From Myxococcota bacterium (GTDB lineage Bacteria; Myxococcota_A; SURF-8): 64,000 bases of DNA. A model generated the notes under the pieces. That model worked only from the letters and a program-made list of their open reading frames with translations. It was not told where the DNA came from and made no database searches. Numbering within the stretch: position 1 is the stretch's first letter; each line of letters starts with the position of its first letter. The stretch is from contig OZ223209.1 in the NCBI GenBank assembly GCA_965140415.1, positions 256,001 through 320,000 on the forward strand. The letters run 5' to 3'. Shown here in pieces: positions 10,192 through 20,008 of this stretch. The translations under genes and the position numbers were made by a program.

Positions 10192-10248
10192 TTTACGATA
10201 ATCGTTAATTAGTACGATTATCGTAAATAAGTACGATGAATGTAAACT
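10192..10248. promoter_or_regulatory. Putative TetR operator array (three 19-bp quasi-palindromic units)
   Basis: TTTACGATAATCGT-N8-ACGATTATCGTAAA perfect inverted repeat (10192-10227) plus a third unit AGTACGATGAATGTAAACT, 20 nt upstream of the tetR start. Confidence 0.7.
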
Positions 10249-10375
10249 TAGTTCCAATTCGTATCATTTGTCAAGAACTTTCGCTGAATATTGTTTTTCG
10301 TGTATAATATCGCCTGTTTTCTTTATCGTGACAGCGGTTTGACTGTCCGTCCATCAACGTGAGAATGGCGAGATA

Positions 10376-11401
10376 ATGCTTTTTCCCTTTACCAAACGCT
10401 TTTTCGAACTCGCGAAAATCCGGCGCGACTTCGTTCCAACGGTGATCAACGATCTGGCCTCCCGCGACTTCACCGGTCACGTCGTGCTGCTGGATGAACG
10501 ACAATCGCAGACCGTGACGTTGGAATCCGGCCAGCTACGATCTACGGCCATGTGGCGCAGTCCGGCAGGCTTCGAGCGTCGCTGTGCCTCGCGCGATCGG
10601 CACTTTCAGAGTTTCGAGGAAGATGTCAGTGTTGAAATTCTGGAAGCGGATGTCGGCATGGCGGCATTGTCGCATCAATTCTGCCGGGCACAACCGGTGT
10701 GGCGCGGTGTCGGAAAACGCTGGCTGGAAGAAGCAAAACGCGAATGCATGGAAACCGGCATGGCGGTACTGGGACGCTTGCAGGGACCGGTATGTGAACT
10801 GGCGCTGGTTCGAGAACGCCGCATTGAAGTTGCCTATCGTTTCGATGTCCACGAGGGAGTCTATCGCCAAGTTGGCGAGAATTTCTGGGAAGACGAATTA
10901 CAGGCAGATACGGCGCTGGAACTGGTACCGCTGGGGGCAACGCTGTATCCGCAACCGGAACTGGCCGCAAGCGATGCGCTGACGGCGACCGTGGAAAAAT
11001 ACACACTGGTACTCGACTGGATCTGCGAGCACCTGAGTTCTTCGTTGGGTTCAGGCGGCATGAGTTCGGTAAATGCCCTGGTGGAAGTGTTTAAAAAGAA
11101 ATATCCGCCCCTATATCGCGGCGTGTATATGAATCCCGAAACCGGCAAAGTGAATTGGGATCATTTAATGAACAATCGCGAACGGGTCAACCTGTCGTAT
11201 CGGTACGACATGTTCCTGCTGTATCTGGATGAACTGATCATGAAGTTTACCCAACTGCTTTACGAAAAAGTCGGTGTAGACGGGTTGAAAGCCTTCGGCA
11301 AGGAAGTCATGCGCATGCGCAAAATCACCCCGGATATGGACATCGAAGCTACACGCACGTTCTTCCGCAAACTGGATAAGCTGGTTCAAGCCGGAAAATA
11401 G
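10376..11401 (+). CDS. Hypothetical protein
   Basis: 341-aa ORF fills the gap with typical codon usage. The N-terminal DFTGHVVL...LESGQL is only weakly reminiscent of PATAN/DUF4388-like domains. Confidence 0.7.
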   Translation: MLFPFTKRFFELAKIRRDFVPTVINDLASRDFTGHVVLLDERQSQTVTLESGQLRSTAMWRSPAGFERRCASRDRHFQSFEEDVSVEILEADVGMAALSHQFCRAQPVWRGVGKRWLEEAKRECMETGMAVLGRLQGPVCELALVRERRIEVAYRFDVHEGVYRQVGENFWEDELQADTALELVPLGATLYPQPELAASDALTATVEKYTLVLDWICEHLSSSLGSGGMSSVNALVEVFKKKYPPLYRGVYMNPETGKVNWDHLMNNRERVNLSYRYDMFLLYLDELIMKFTQLLYEKVGVDGLKAFGKEVMRMRKITPDMDIEATRTFFRKLDKLVQAGK

Positions 11402-11527
11402 AAAAGACGAAAACGGATTTACCGCCGGAAATTACGATTGCAACCGGATGGTCATGGAACAAAAAAAGCTCCCGACAAACGGGTCGGCCTGCCGGAAGCG
11501 TGTTTCGTATTTTTACAACACTCGTTT

Positions 11528-14500
11528 CTAATCTTCCGGTGCGACGTATCGGAATGCACCATCTTCGCGCATGAGCGAAAACTGCATGGTACCCGGTGAC
11601 GCATTGATCTTGTAGGCATCACCGGTCAACATCCAGGTCGGTGTAGGGCTGTCGTTCAAATAGATCCGGAAAGTGAGGTTAGCCGAAACCGGATCGCAAT
11701 GCTCCACCGGAACGCAATGCTCACAGCTACCACAGCAGATACGCAAGGCATAACAGAAAGGCGGGCAGGTGCAACCGCACAAATCACAGTTGTCGTCGTA
11801 CCAGCGGCAATCGTTTTCCGTGTAACAGGTCTCCCAATGGCTGACGTACTCGGCCACGATGTTGTAGATACCATCATCCGGATTATCATGCCTGAAGGCT
11901 TCGGGTGTCAGTCCGTCGTCTGAACTATGCGTGAATTGTGGTGTTCCCCAATCCCCCCAATCGGGATTTTCATTTCCTTCGTGACAATCGCCCGAACTTT
12001 CCAGCGTGCCGGAAGGTCGCAGGTAGTGCAGATCGACATCACCGGAGCCGGTCCATACCAGCTCGACGCGGATGCTGTCGTTGGCGATGGCATGAACTTG
12101 AATCTCAGCCCGATCCGCGCTCACGCGCCCGTCGTTGTCTTCGACTTCCAACAGAACGTCGTAATAGCCGGGCGTATTGAAGGTGTGACTGGGTTGCGGA
12201 TCGTTGCTTAACGGGCTCAGTTCCCCGTCGGGATGTTCGCGCAGATACCAGCGGTACGCCACGATTTCGCCGTCCGGGTCGGTGGACTGCGTTCCGTCCA
12301 AACGTAACGGGATCTTGGCCTGGGCAGTCACGGAGGTCAACCCGGTACCCAGTTCTGTGGCAATGGCGATCGGATCACCCTGCACCGCAATTTCCAGACG
12401 AGAGTCGGAAGAAGGTAGACTCTGCGCGTTTTGTGTGTCGGTCACCTGCAAGCGCACGGTGTATTGCCCCGACTGCCTGAAGGTGATGGAAGTGGCGACC
12501 TGATTCAAGCCTGCCGCGCCCCAGACGTAGCCGGAAGTCTGGTCGATAGACCACTGGAAGCTTTCGACCGTATCGCCCGTATCCGGATCGGTACTGGCCG
12601 CACCGCTTAACTCCACAACCTGATCGATGGCCACCACGCGCTGGTGCGTTGCACCGTCGTTCGGATCCCCTGCGGGCGACTGAATCACCGCCTCCGGCGG
12701 ATGGTTGGGCGAATACACACCGGAAAGCAAAACGTTGAACTCGGGATAATCGTCACCCGGTTCTGCGCCCAATCTTGCGGCATCTTTATCGTTGTGACGC
12801 AAGACCAGTGCGCCGTTCTGTACGTCGCCCTGCGGATTGAAGCGCACGTCGATCTGCATGTACTCGCCACTGACGCCATAGAGCGTCCAGCCATCTTCGC
12901 CCGCCTCGGGAGTGACGTTCAGAATCTCGAAGTCATCGGTTCCCAGAATCTCGATACTTTCAATATTCAACTGGTACGGGCGCTGATTGACGACGATCAC
13001 CGAAATTTCATCTCCGGCGATCTGCGTGAAGTCCAGTTCGTCGGGGGTCACGATCAGTTCCAGTTCGATCGGTTCGGCGTTGAGACTGATCTCATAGGCA
13101 TGATGCCCTTCCGTTTCACAGGCTTCGCTGCTGCCCAAGGCGTTGACGCCATCGTTGCATAAGATGATTTTCCCATGGTTCACAACCTTCTCGGTCGGTC
13201 CCCACAGAATGTCGAAGCTCATGCTTTCACCGGGCTGAACCGTGATCGGGAAATCTTCTTCGTCCAGATCGATGCCCCAGACCGCTTCGTCTCCGGTTTC
13301 GGGCTGGATGCTGGAAATATGCAGCGGCGCACCGCCGACACTCGAGACCGTTACGCGGTTCTTCGCGACCCAGAGTTCGCGCTCGGTTTCGGTCATTTCG
13401 CCCATTGGCTTGGGCAGCTTCTGTACGCGGTCGTCGAAACCGTAATAATCCAGGTCCACGTCGATCAACGATGAAATCCCGCAGCCTTTCAGGTCCACCA
13501 TGTAGTAGATCACCGGCTCGGTACCCAGCGCAATGGTCAGACTTGCGGTTTCTTCCGCGATCTCCACATTCGGCGCATATTGCACGTCCAGTTGCAGCGA
13601 TTCCCCCTGGTGCAAAGTGACGGGGAATGCAGGCGGCGTGGGCAGGCTGAACACCTGAGATTGCTGAACGAAAGCCGTATCGATGATGATTTCACCTTCG
13701 CCCTGGTAGTCGATCGTGACCGGCAGCGACAAGGTGGAACCGACCTGCACACACTGATAATCCAGCAGACCGGGGGTAATGCTCAAAGCGGGAGGAATTC
13801 CCTGCCCGGTCAGGGTAAGAGTGCTGACCGATGCATCATAGCTATTGGAATAGATTTTATAAGTCGCTGCAACTTCTCCAATGGCCTGCGGTTCGAAGGC
13901 AAATGTCAGGGTCTGAGTCTGACCCGGTTCGATATCGAAGGGGAAGGAAATGTCCGGGCTCTCGACATAGCTGAATACCGGCGAACTGCCGGGACCGAAC
14001 TCGCCTTCCTGCACCGTCAAAGTCAAACCGCCGTTATTGCGCAACGTGGCCTGCATTTCACGCCGATCACCCACCGGGATGGAGGCAAAATCCAACACAC
14101 TGGTATTGAGACTCAATTCCGGCACGGTTCCGATCACATGCAACGCCACTTCCAAGGGATAGGCAATCGTCGGATCGTTGTGATATAGCAGCAAGGTGCC
14201 GTTTTCTTCTCCAGCCTGATTCGGTAATGCATCCAGCGGCAGTTGCAGGGTGCCGCCCGGCTCGATTGTGAACGGTGGAATCGAAGCGGCAGAACCCAAA
14301 AAGAAGGTGTTGCTTTCAGAAATGATCTGGACGTCGCTGACGATCACCGTTCCCGCGCCGTCGCCCTCTTCCAGATTGCGCAGACTCAAGTTGCTACTGG
14401 TGCGCTCGCCGACCGGAGCCAGACCGAATTCCATCATTGCAGGATCGACGGCAAACTGTACCCGTCCGTTATCTTCGGCGATCAGATACAGTGTTCGCAC

Positions 14501-15196
14501 CGGCTTAAGTACATCGTTGGACTCGATTTTCAAACGCGCCTGCGCCTCACCCTCTCCGGAGCGCGTAAACCGCAGACTCACATGAACCGAGGTGCCCATT
14601 GAAATCGTAAAGGGCGGATCGACCGGCGCGGTAAACACGAAAACGCCTGCATCGCTCTGTCCCACTTCGATGGTCATATCGATGATGCGCAGATCTTCTT
14701 CGCCGACACTGGCCAACTCAAGCTCACGCGTGGAAGACTCACCCTGTACCACGGAACCGAAATTCAGCGGATCGGGACTGACCTCCAACTTGGGACCATC
14801 CGGAATTTCAAGCTCGCCTTCCTCTTCCGGCTCCAATTCCGGAGCGACTTCTTCATCTAAATCGCCATCGACGGGACGTAATTCACAAACATGATCCCTG
14901 CACCAGTATCCGGGCGAGCACTGGTTGTCGTTGACACATTCGTAATCGGGATCTTCTTCTTGAATGATTTCGACCAGTTCCGGGTCTCCATCGGGCAAAG
15001 CATACTGACAGATATCACTGATACACACCAGCGTTCCGTTGCAGCTACCATCGGAAAAGCAGGGTTCACCGAATCCGCCGGCTTTTTCATCGCCATCTGG
15101 GCTTTCGATATTCGCACTGGAGGAACATCCCGTGGCTAGCATCAGAAGCAACATCAGGACAAAGCCAAAAAAGAGACCGATCCTTTGACTACTCAT
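11528..15196 (-). CDS. Large surface lipoprotein with choice-of-anchor D (ASPM/SPD-2/Hydin Ig-like) repeats, PKD domains and Cys-rich segments
   Basis: Lipobox LATGC; repeated (L)DFG.V..G Ig-like units; PKD motifs (DGTQSTDPDGEIVAYRW); C-terminal IRVELVW...DVDLH domain; RBS AAGGAG. Confidence 0.85.
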   Translation of the reverse strand: MSSQRIGLFFGFVLMLLLMLATGCSSSANIESPDGDEKAGGFGEPCFSDGSCNGTLVCISDICQYALPDGDPELVEIIQEEDPDYECVNDNQCSPGYWCRDHVCELRPVDGDLDEEVAPELEPEEEGELEIPDGPKLEVSPDPLNFGSVVQGESSTRELELASVGEEDLRIIDMTIEVGQSDAGVFVFTAPVDPPFTISMGTSVHVSLRFTRSGEGEAQARLKIESNDVLKPVRTLYLIAEDNGRVQFAVDPAMMEFGLAPVGERTSSNLSLRNLEEGDGAGTVIVSDVQIISESNTFFLGSAASIPPFTIEPGGTLQLPLDALPNQAGEENGTLLLYHNDPTIAYPLEVALHVIGTVPELSLNTSVLDFASIPVGDRREMQATLRNNGGLTLTVQEGEFGPGSSPVFSYVESPDISFPFDIEPGQTQTLTFAFEPQAIGEVAATYKIYSNSYDASVSTLTLTGQGIPPALSITPGLLDYQCVQVGSTLSLPVTIDYQGEGEIIIDTAFVQQSQVFSLPTPPAFPVTLHQGESLQLDVQYAPNVEIAEETASLTIALGTEPVIYYMVDLKGCGISSLIDVDLDYYGFDDRVQKLPKPMGEMTETERELWVAKNRVTVSSVGGAPLHISSIQPETGDEAVWGIDLDEEDFPITVQPGESMSFDILWGPTEKVVNHGKIILCNDGVNALGSSEACETEGHHAYEISLNAEPIELELIVTPDELDFTQIAGDEISVIVVNQRPYQLNIESIEILGTDDFEILNVTPEAGEDGWTLYGVSGEYMQIDVRFNPQGDVQNGALVLRHNDKDAARLGAEPGDDYPEFNVLLSGVYSPNHPPEAVIQSPAGDPNDGATHQRVVAIDQVVELSGAASTDPDTGDTVESFQWSIDQTSGYVWGAAGLNQVATSITFRQSGQYTVRLQVTDTQNAQSLPSSDSRLEIAVQGDPIAIATELGTGLTSVTAQAKIPLRLDGTQSTDPDGEIVAYRWYLREHPDGELSPLSNDPQPSHTFNTPGYYDVLLEVEDNDGRVSADRAEIQVHAIANDSIRVELVWTGSGDVDLHYLRPSGTLESSGDCHEGNENPDWGDWGTPQFTHSSDDGLTPEAFRHDNPDDGIYNIVAEYVSHWETCYTENDCRWYDDNCDLCGCTCPPFCYALRICCGSCEHCVPVEHCDPVSANLTFRIYLNDSPTPTWMLTGDAYKINASPGTMQFSLMREDGAFRYVAPED

Positions 15197-15420
15197 ATCC
15201 TACTCCTTATCCGACGTACGCACGTGATTTGCCATCGGGTTTCCATTGTGTTGTTTTAAACGGGTTATCGCCGCCGTGCGGCGAGCGTTTCCGATTGCTA
15301 CAGAACATTTATTGTAGGCTGTGCGGCTCACCCCCGTCAAGTAAAGACATCGCACTCCCATGTCATTTCACGTATCGGTTGCAATTCATTACCGAAATTG
15401 TGCGCCTTGCAACACCAATA

Positions 15421-15940
15421 GATTCCCCCGGGCAAGCCCGGGGTTCTTACCGTTACAGCTTCATGCGAAGCTGACCTGAATCCTGGCGTCCCTGGTGTTC
15501 CACATAGTTCTTAATCGTGTCTTCGTCGATGCCTACACTGCTGACAAAGTAACCCGGCGACCAGACAATGTTTTCTTTCCAACACACCTTTGATAACCAT
15601 TTGAAAGTCTTGCGCATATGGGACGACGATTGGCTCTTCAATCTGCTCATCACCTCGGCAATGCTGTATTTCGGAGGAATTACCATCACCATGTGCAAAT
15701 GATCCTGATCAAAGCCAATCGTCTCGATCATAACGCCGGGCATACTTCGCAGCAACTTCGGCAGAACGTTGCGCAAATAACCGCAGACGTCAGGCTTCAG
15801 GATCCGGCGGCGGTATTTGCAGGCCCACACAACATGGTATTGGAGGCAATAGACACTGTGCGCTGTTTTGATGCATTCCATATCTCCATTATACCACCGC
15901 CGGGCTCATTCATCCACGGGCAAGCCCGTGGTATTCTGTC
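15421..15940 (-). mobile_element. IS200/IS605-family element (tnpA only)
   Basis: tnpA is flanked by near-identical subterminal hairpins CCCCCGGGCAAGCCCGGGG (15425-15443) and CCACGGGCAAGCCCGTGG (15914-15931). No tnpB. Exact ends are approximate. Confidence 0.85.
15453..15881 (-). CDS. tnpA: IS200/IS605 family Y1 HUH transposase
   Basis: YHVVWACKYRR, HUH motif DHLHM, WSPGYFVSSVG, catalytic Tyr in IKNYVEHQ. Confidence 0.95.
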   Translation of the reverse strand: MECIKTAHSVYCLQYHVVWACKYRRRILKPDVCGYLRNVLPKLLRSMPGVMIETIGFDQDHLHMVMVIPPKYSIAEVMSRLKSQSSSHMRKTFKWLSKVCWKENIVWSPGYFVSSVGIDEDTIKNYVEHQGRQDSGQLRMKL

Positions 15941-16324
15941 AAGGACCGCACAAATACTCCAACAAGTAGGATGGTCAATTGCTTTACCCATCACTCTGAA
16001 ATATTTGTCCGACCCACCCAGTTCTATCCCTCTCTCAATCTGTAATGAATGTCAAAAACGTCGTTTTCGATCCGCGAGACACGCCACCAAAACCGGACCA
16101 CCCGTGCCGCAAACAGTCGCTAAACGACCGCAAGACGACCACAAGATGACCGCATTAGACACCTAAACGCGCAGTCGCTCATGCTGCCTGTTGCTGCGTT
16201 ATGCAGTGTTTAGCAGCATAATGTGACCTCATGTTGCACTAAGAAGTACTGTCGATCTACGGTCATATAGTGGTCGTTTAGCGGTCAAACAGGGGACACC
16301 TGCGGTTCTGGTCGAAATCCGCAT

Positions 16325-16364
16325 AAAAAAATGCCGGAAACAAGGCGAACCCTGCTTCCGGCAT
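16325..16364 (-). terminator. Rho-independent terminator of the first RRM gene
   Basis: Minus strand ATGCCGGAAGCAGGGTTCGCCTTGTTTCCGGCAT followed by a T run, about 11 nt after the stop. Confidence 0.85.
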
Positions 16365-16375
16365 CGATTACGCTG

Positions 16376-16654
16376 TTACCAACGTCCGCCGCCGCCGTTG
16401 TTACGACGCGGTTTGTCCTCGGCAATGTTGACCTTGAGTTCACGGCCATCAAGCTCTGTACCGTTCAGAGAAAGAGCTTTCTCGGCATCGCCTTCATCGG
16501 CGAAAGTCACAAAGCCGAAACCACGGCTGCGACCTGTTTCACGATCCGTAATTACCTTGGCTTCTTCGATCGTTCCGAAAGAGGAAAAAGCGTTCTCCAG
16601 CCCGGAACTATCCGTCGCCCAAGCTAAACCACCGACATAAAGTTTGTTCTGCAT
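16376..16654 (-). CDS. RNA-binding protein (single RRM domain, Gly-rich tail)
   Basis: RNP2 KLYVGGL, RNP1 RGFGFVTF. Start reassigned to MQNK with RBS AAAGGA. Confidence 0.95.
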   Translation of the reverse strand: MQNKLYVGGLAWATDSSGLENAFSSFGTIEEAKVITDRETGRSRGFGFVTFADEGDAEKALSLNGTELDGRELKVNIAEDKPRRNNGGGGRW

Positions 16655-17017
16655 TTTTATCTGTCCTTTCAACACAAGTAACTTGGTTCCGGGACCATTC
16701 CCGTAAAGGCTAAGAACAGAAAATTCGGTGGATGTTATCTTGAATGGTAATATCACTAAGACATCGAAGGGAACATAACCGTTATTCAATTTCGTAACCA
16801 AAAACCAAATGGCAATGTACACACATATAATTAAAAATACAAGATAATAATAAAATTATTATTTTATGCCAAAATTTGGCTGTTTCTTTAACGGAAAAAG
16901 AATGATTAATCCTTATAAAGTCCGGACACTTAGAGCGGTTGTCGACCATTTCTGGTGATGTCGTAACGCCTCTAACTTCCACCGGATAAAGCAGGGTGAG
17001 TTTATCTTCGACCGCAT

Positions 17018-17048
17018 AAAAAAAGAAATCCCCGCCAACTGGCGGGGA
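17018..17048 (-). terminator. Rho-independent terminator of the second RRM gene
   Basis: Minus strand TCCCCGCCA-GT-TGGCGGGGA followed by TTTCTTTTTTT. Confidence 0.8.
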
Positions 17049-17194
17049 GATACTCAATCGATTTCGATTTTCCGATACGATCCAAACGAATACACGAAGT
17101 TTTAACAAACCGAAAAAACCCGTATCACTTTTCCCGCCTACTAAAACAAAATTTCAGCGAGTTCCCCCCGAATCGTACCCGTTCGACCTATCGC

Positions 17195-17458
17195 TTAGTA
17201 GCGCGGTCGATCGTTGCGCGAACGAGCGAAATTGACGATCACGGAGCGCCCTTGCACTTCCTGGCCGTTCATTTCCAACGCACGCTCGGCGTCATCCGGA
17301 TTATCGAAGGTCACGAAACCAAAGCCGCGACTGCGACCCGTTTCACGGTCCGTAATCACTTTCGCTTCCGTAATCTGGCCGTAGTTAATAAACGCGTCCT
17401 CAAGACCTTTGCTGTCAACGGCCCAGGCCAACCCACCCACATAAAGCTTGTTGTTCAT
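17195..17458 (-). CDS. RNA-binding protein (single RRM domain), paralog
   Basis: MNNKLYVGGLAW...EAKVITDRETGRSRGFGFVTF; RBS AAAGGA. Confidence 0.95.
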   Translation of the reverse strand: MNNKLYVGGLAWAVDSKGLEDAFINYGQITEAKVITDRETGRSRGFGFVTFDNPDDAERALEMNGQEVQGRSVIVNFARSRNDRPRY

Positions 17459-17641
17459 ACTGAATCCTTTACCCAAACACATTCTACCAGACGCCGGGCC
17501 AATTACCCTAAAACCCGGCCCACAGAAATATTGAAGCATCATGTTCAAAAAAACACAAGCAAAAATTCCCCCTAACCCAAATGTAACAGGAGTTTGGATG
17601 GGCAAAGAATGGTGCGATTGCAGCCCGACTGCGTAGCCGCG

Positions 17642-18682
17642 CTACTCGACGAGCACGTGCGAAGCCTGGCTCGTGGCTTCGATCACACCGATTTCCAGCA
17701 GCTTCTCGCCTTCGCTTTCAGCCGCCTGGCGCAAGGCCGGAACCTGATCGGGCGCGGCGATGGCGATCATGCCGATACCCATATTGAAGGTGCGGTACAT
17801 TTCGTGCTCGTCGATACCCTGATGTTGCAGGAACTTGAAAATCGGCGGCACCTGGAAGCTGTCGCGTCGAATGATGGCACAGGTATTTTCCGGCAGCACA
17901 CGCGGGATATTGTCGAAAAAGCCACCGCCGGTGATATGCGCCAGCGCTTTGACCTGGCCGGTGCGTACCATCGATAAAACCGGCTTGACGTAAATGCGGG
18001 TGGGGCGCAGCAATTCGGCAGCCACGTTGCCGGTGCAACCCGGCAATTCGGTATCCAGCGCATAACCGAGTTGATCGAAAATGACTTTACGAACCAGCGA
18101 ATAGCCGTTGGAATGCAAACCGTTGGAAGCCAGCCCCAGTACGACGTCGCCCGGCTGCACGTTTTTGCCGTTGACGACATCGTCTTCATCCACGATACCG
18201 ACCGCAAACCCGGCTACGTCGTATTCGCCCGGCTGGTAAAAGCCCGGCATTTCAGCCGTTTCTCCGCCGATCAACGCGCAACCGGCAAGCTGACAGCCCT
18301 GGCCGATGCCTTTGACGACTTCGGCGGCCTGCTCGGCGGACAAGCGCCCGCAGGCGTAATAATCCAGGAAAAAGAGCGGCTCGGCGCCCTGCACTACGAG
18401 ATCGTTGACGGACATTGCAACCAGATCGATACCGATGGTATCGTGACGATTGGCCCACATCGCGACTTTCAGTTTGGTGCCCACACCGTCGGTGCCTGCA
18501 ACCAGAACCGGTTTTTTGTAGCGACTCAGATCCAGCCGGAACAAAGCTCCGAATCCACCGATATCGGTAGCCACTTCGGGACGGTGAGTGGCTTTGACAT
18601 GCGGGCGGATCAAGTCCACCAGCCGGTTGCCTTCGTCGATATCCACACCTGCATCGCGGTAAGTCGTTTTCGTGTCCGCCAT
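17642..18682 (-). CDS. purM: Phosphoribosylformylglycinamidine cyclo-ligase (AIR synthetase)
   Basis: TYRDAGVDI, GTDGVGTKL, GGETAEMPG, SNGLHSNGYSL, HITGGG, RTFNMGIG. Confidence 0.98.
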   Translation of the reverse strand: MADTKTTYRDAGVDIDEGNRLVDLIRPHVKATHRPEVATDIGGFGALFRLDLSRYKKPVLVAGTDGVGTKLKVAMWANRHDTIGIDLVAMSVNDLVVQGAEPLFFLDYYACGRLSAEQAAEVVKGIGQGCQLAGCALIGGETAEMPGFYQPGEYDVAGFAVGIVDEDDVVNGKNVQPGDVVLGLASNGLHSNGYSLVRKVIFDQLGYALDTELPGCTGNVAAELLRPTRIYVKPVLSMVRTGQVKALAHITGGGFFDNIPRVLPENTCAIIRRDSFQVPPIFKFLQHQGIDEHEMYRTFNMGIGMIAIAAPDQVPALRQAAESEGEKLLEIGVIEATSQASHVLVE

Positions 18683-18847
18683 CGTTTTCCTCCTTGCGAA
18701 TTCTGCGCCGCCAACCTAGCGGATTTTGCTCGTCTTGTCAACGCAGGGAAAGCGGGAAAATCGTATCGATACGACGCCCTGCTTGACAAGCGATTCGGCA
18801 TGACCGAAGATCGGGAAATCGAATTCGGTTGTAGTACGGAGAACATC

Positions 18848-19975
18848 ATGTCGATTCGCGTAAATACCTGCTTTCTCTTCATCACGATCGTTTCGGCCTT
18901 GCTGCTTTTCGGTTGTTCGAAAAAAAGCGAACCGGCCAGGACCGTCTCTGCCAAAACGGAAAACCAACCCGTGCAACGCTGCCAGGTTCTATTGGCCGAT
19001 CCTTCAGGAAATCTCCAGGCTTCGGAACATACCTGCCTATCCTTGAAGCATCCCGATAAGCTGCATGGTGATGCCGCTCTGTTCTTTCGCAACGACAGCA
19101 TTCCCCATATGAACCTGCTGCCCAATTCTTCGCGGCAGAAAGGGATTCTTACTTCGCAAAATCCGCAGGAACTCAAATTGATGGGCTTGTATGCCCGATT
19201 CGAAGAGGCGCGCGATTTCGCCAATCGATTGGGGTTACCGGAAAAGGCGCGGCGTGAAGCGAAGGTGGTATACCCGCTGCCTGCAAATCCCCAAAGACGT
19301 CCCTTGGCGCGTTTGCATTACGATTTCGAGCAAAAGGTGTTGTGGCTGGCTCAACTGACCGATTCGGATGCAGCGGAACCGGTACTCGCTCCCGGCATTG
19401 CCGTGCGCGCGTATCTGCTATTCAATCTGGCGACCTATTTTCCCAACCTGACCTGGAGGAATGAAGAGGAAGCGCTACAAACGCGCTGCGATCACGTCCG
19501 GCAGGCACTGGTTCTGGCGTTTGCGACTTATGGTGGAGCCGCCATCGCCGATAACCTGGGCTACATGGACGCCTTTCTGTCCCCACGCCACGGGTCGTTA
19601 CGAAAGATCAAACCGATCTCACAAGAGAATTACGCACTGACGGTCAGCGAATACAATACCGACTTCGATCCCGTTCCGATTGCAAACAATATCGCGCACT
19701 GCTTATGGCAAGGGCGTGAAACGATCGGCGTCGATTCGCACCGTATCGCCTACGACCGCATGATTTTCTCGCTCGTCAACGACCCGCGTTTTCCGGCCTG
19801 GTCGATCGGTCCCGACTTGATCGAACTGCTCAAATGGATCGGGCGCAAAGCCGCACCGACTTATCTTCCCGCGATTTGCGGCTGCATGGATAAGGCATTT
19901 ACCGGTGTAGTCGATGATGTGGTGGATTGCCAGGTGGCCTTGGGCCGCCCGGTTGAAGGCGATCCAGTAGAATAA
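18848..19975 (+). CDS. Hypothetical lipoprotein
   Basis: Start reassigned to MSIRVNTCFLF because the longer ORF overlaps purM antisense; lipobox LLFGC. Confidence 0.7.
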   Translation: MSIRVNTCFLFITIVSALLLFGCSKKSEPARTVSAKTENQPVQRCQVLLADPSGNLQASEHTCLSLKHPDKLHGDAALFFRNDSIPHMNLLPNSSRQKGILTSQNPQELKLMGLYARFEEARDFANRLGLPEKARREAKVVYPLPANPQRRPLARLHYDFEQKVLWLAQLTDSDAAEPVLAPGIAVRAYLLFNLATYFPNLTWRNEEEALQTRCDHVRQALVLAFATYGGAAIADNLGYMDAFLSPRHGSLRKIKPISQENYALTVSEYNTDFDPVPIANNIAHCLWQGRETIGVDSHRIAYDRMIFSLVNDPRFPAWSIGPDLIELLKWIGRKAAPTYLPAICGCMDKAFTGVVDDVVDCQVALGRPVEGDPVE

Positions 19976-20008
19976 TCATTTTTAGCGATATGTGTTTTCT
20001 TGATTTCC

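Noticed and set aside
15200-15452. Possible tnpB or omega-RNA remnant next to tnpA
   Set aside because: The right-end hairpin follows the tnpA stop within about 10 nt, leaving no room for tnpB, and I saw no RuvC-like ORF.
18071-18847. N-terminal extension of the 634-aa ORF
   Set aside because: It overlaps purM on the opposite strand; the signal peptide and lipobox begin at 18848.
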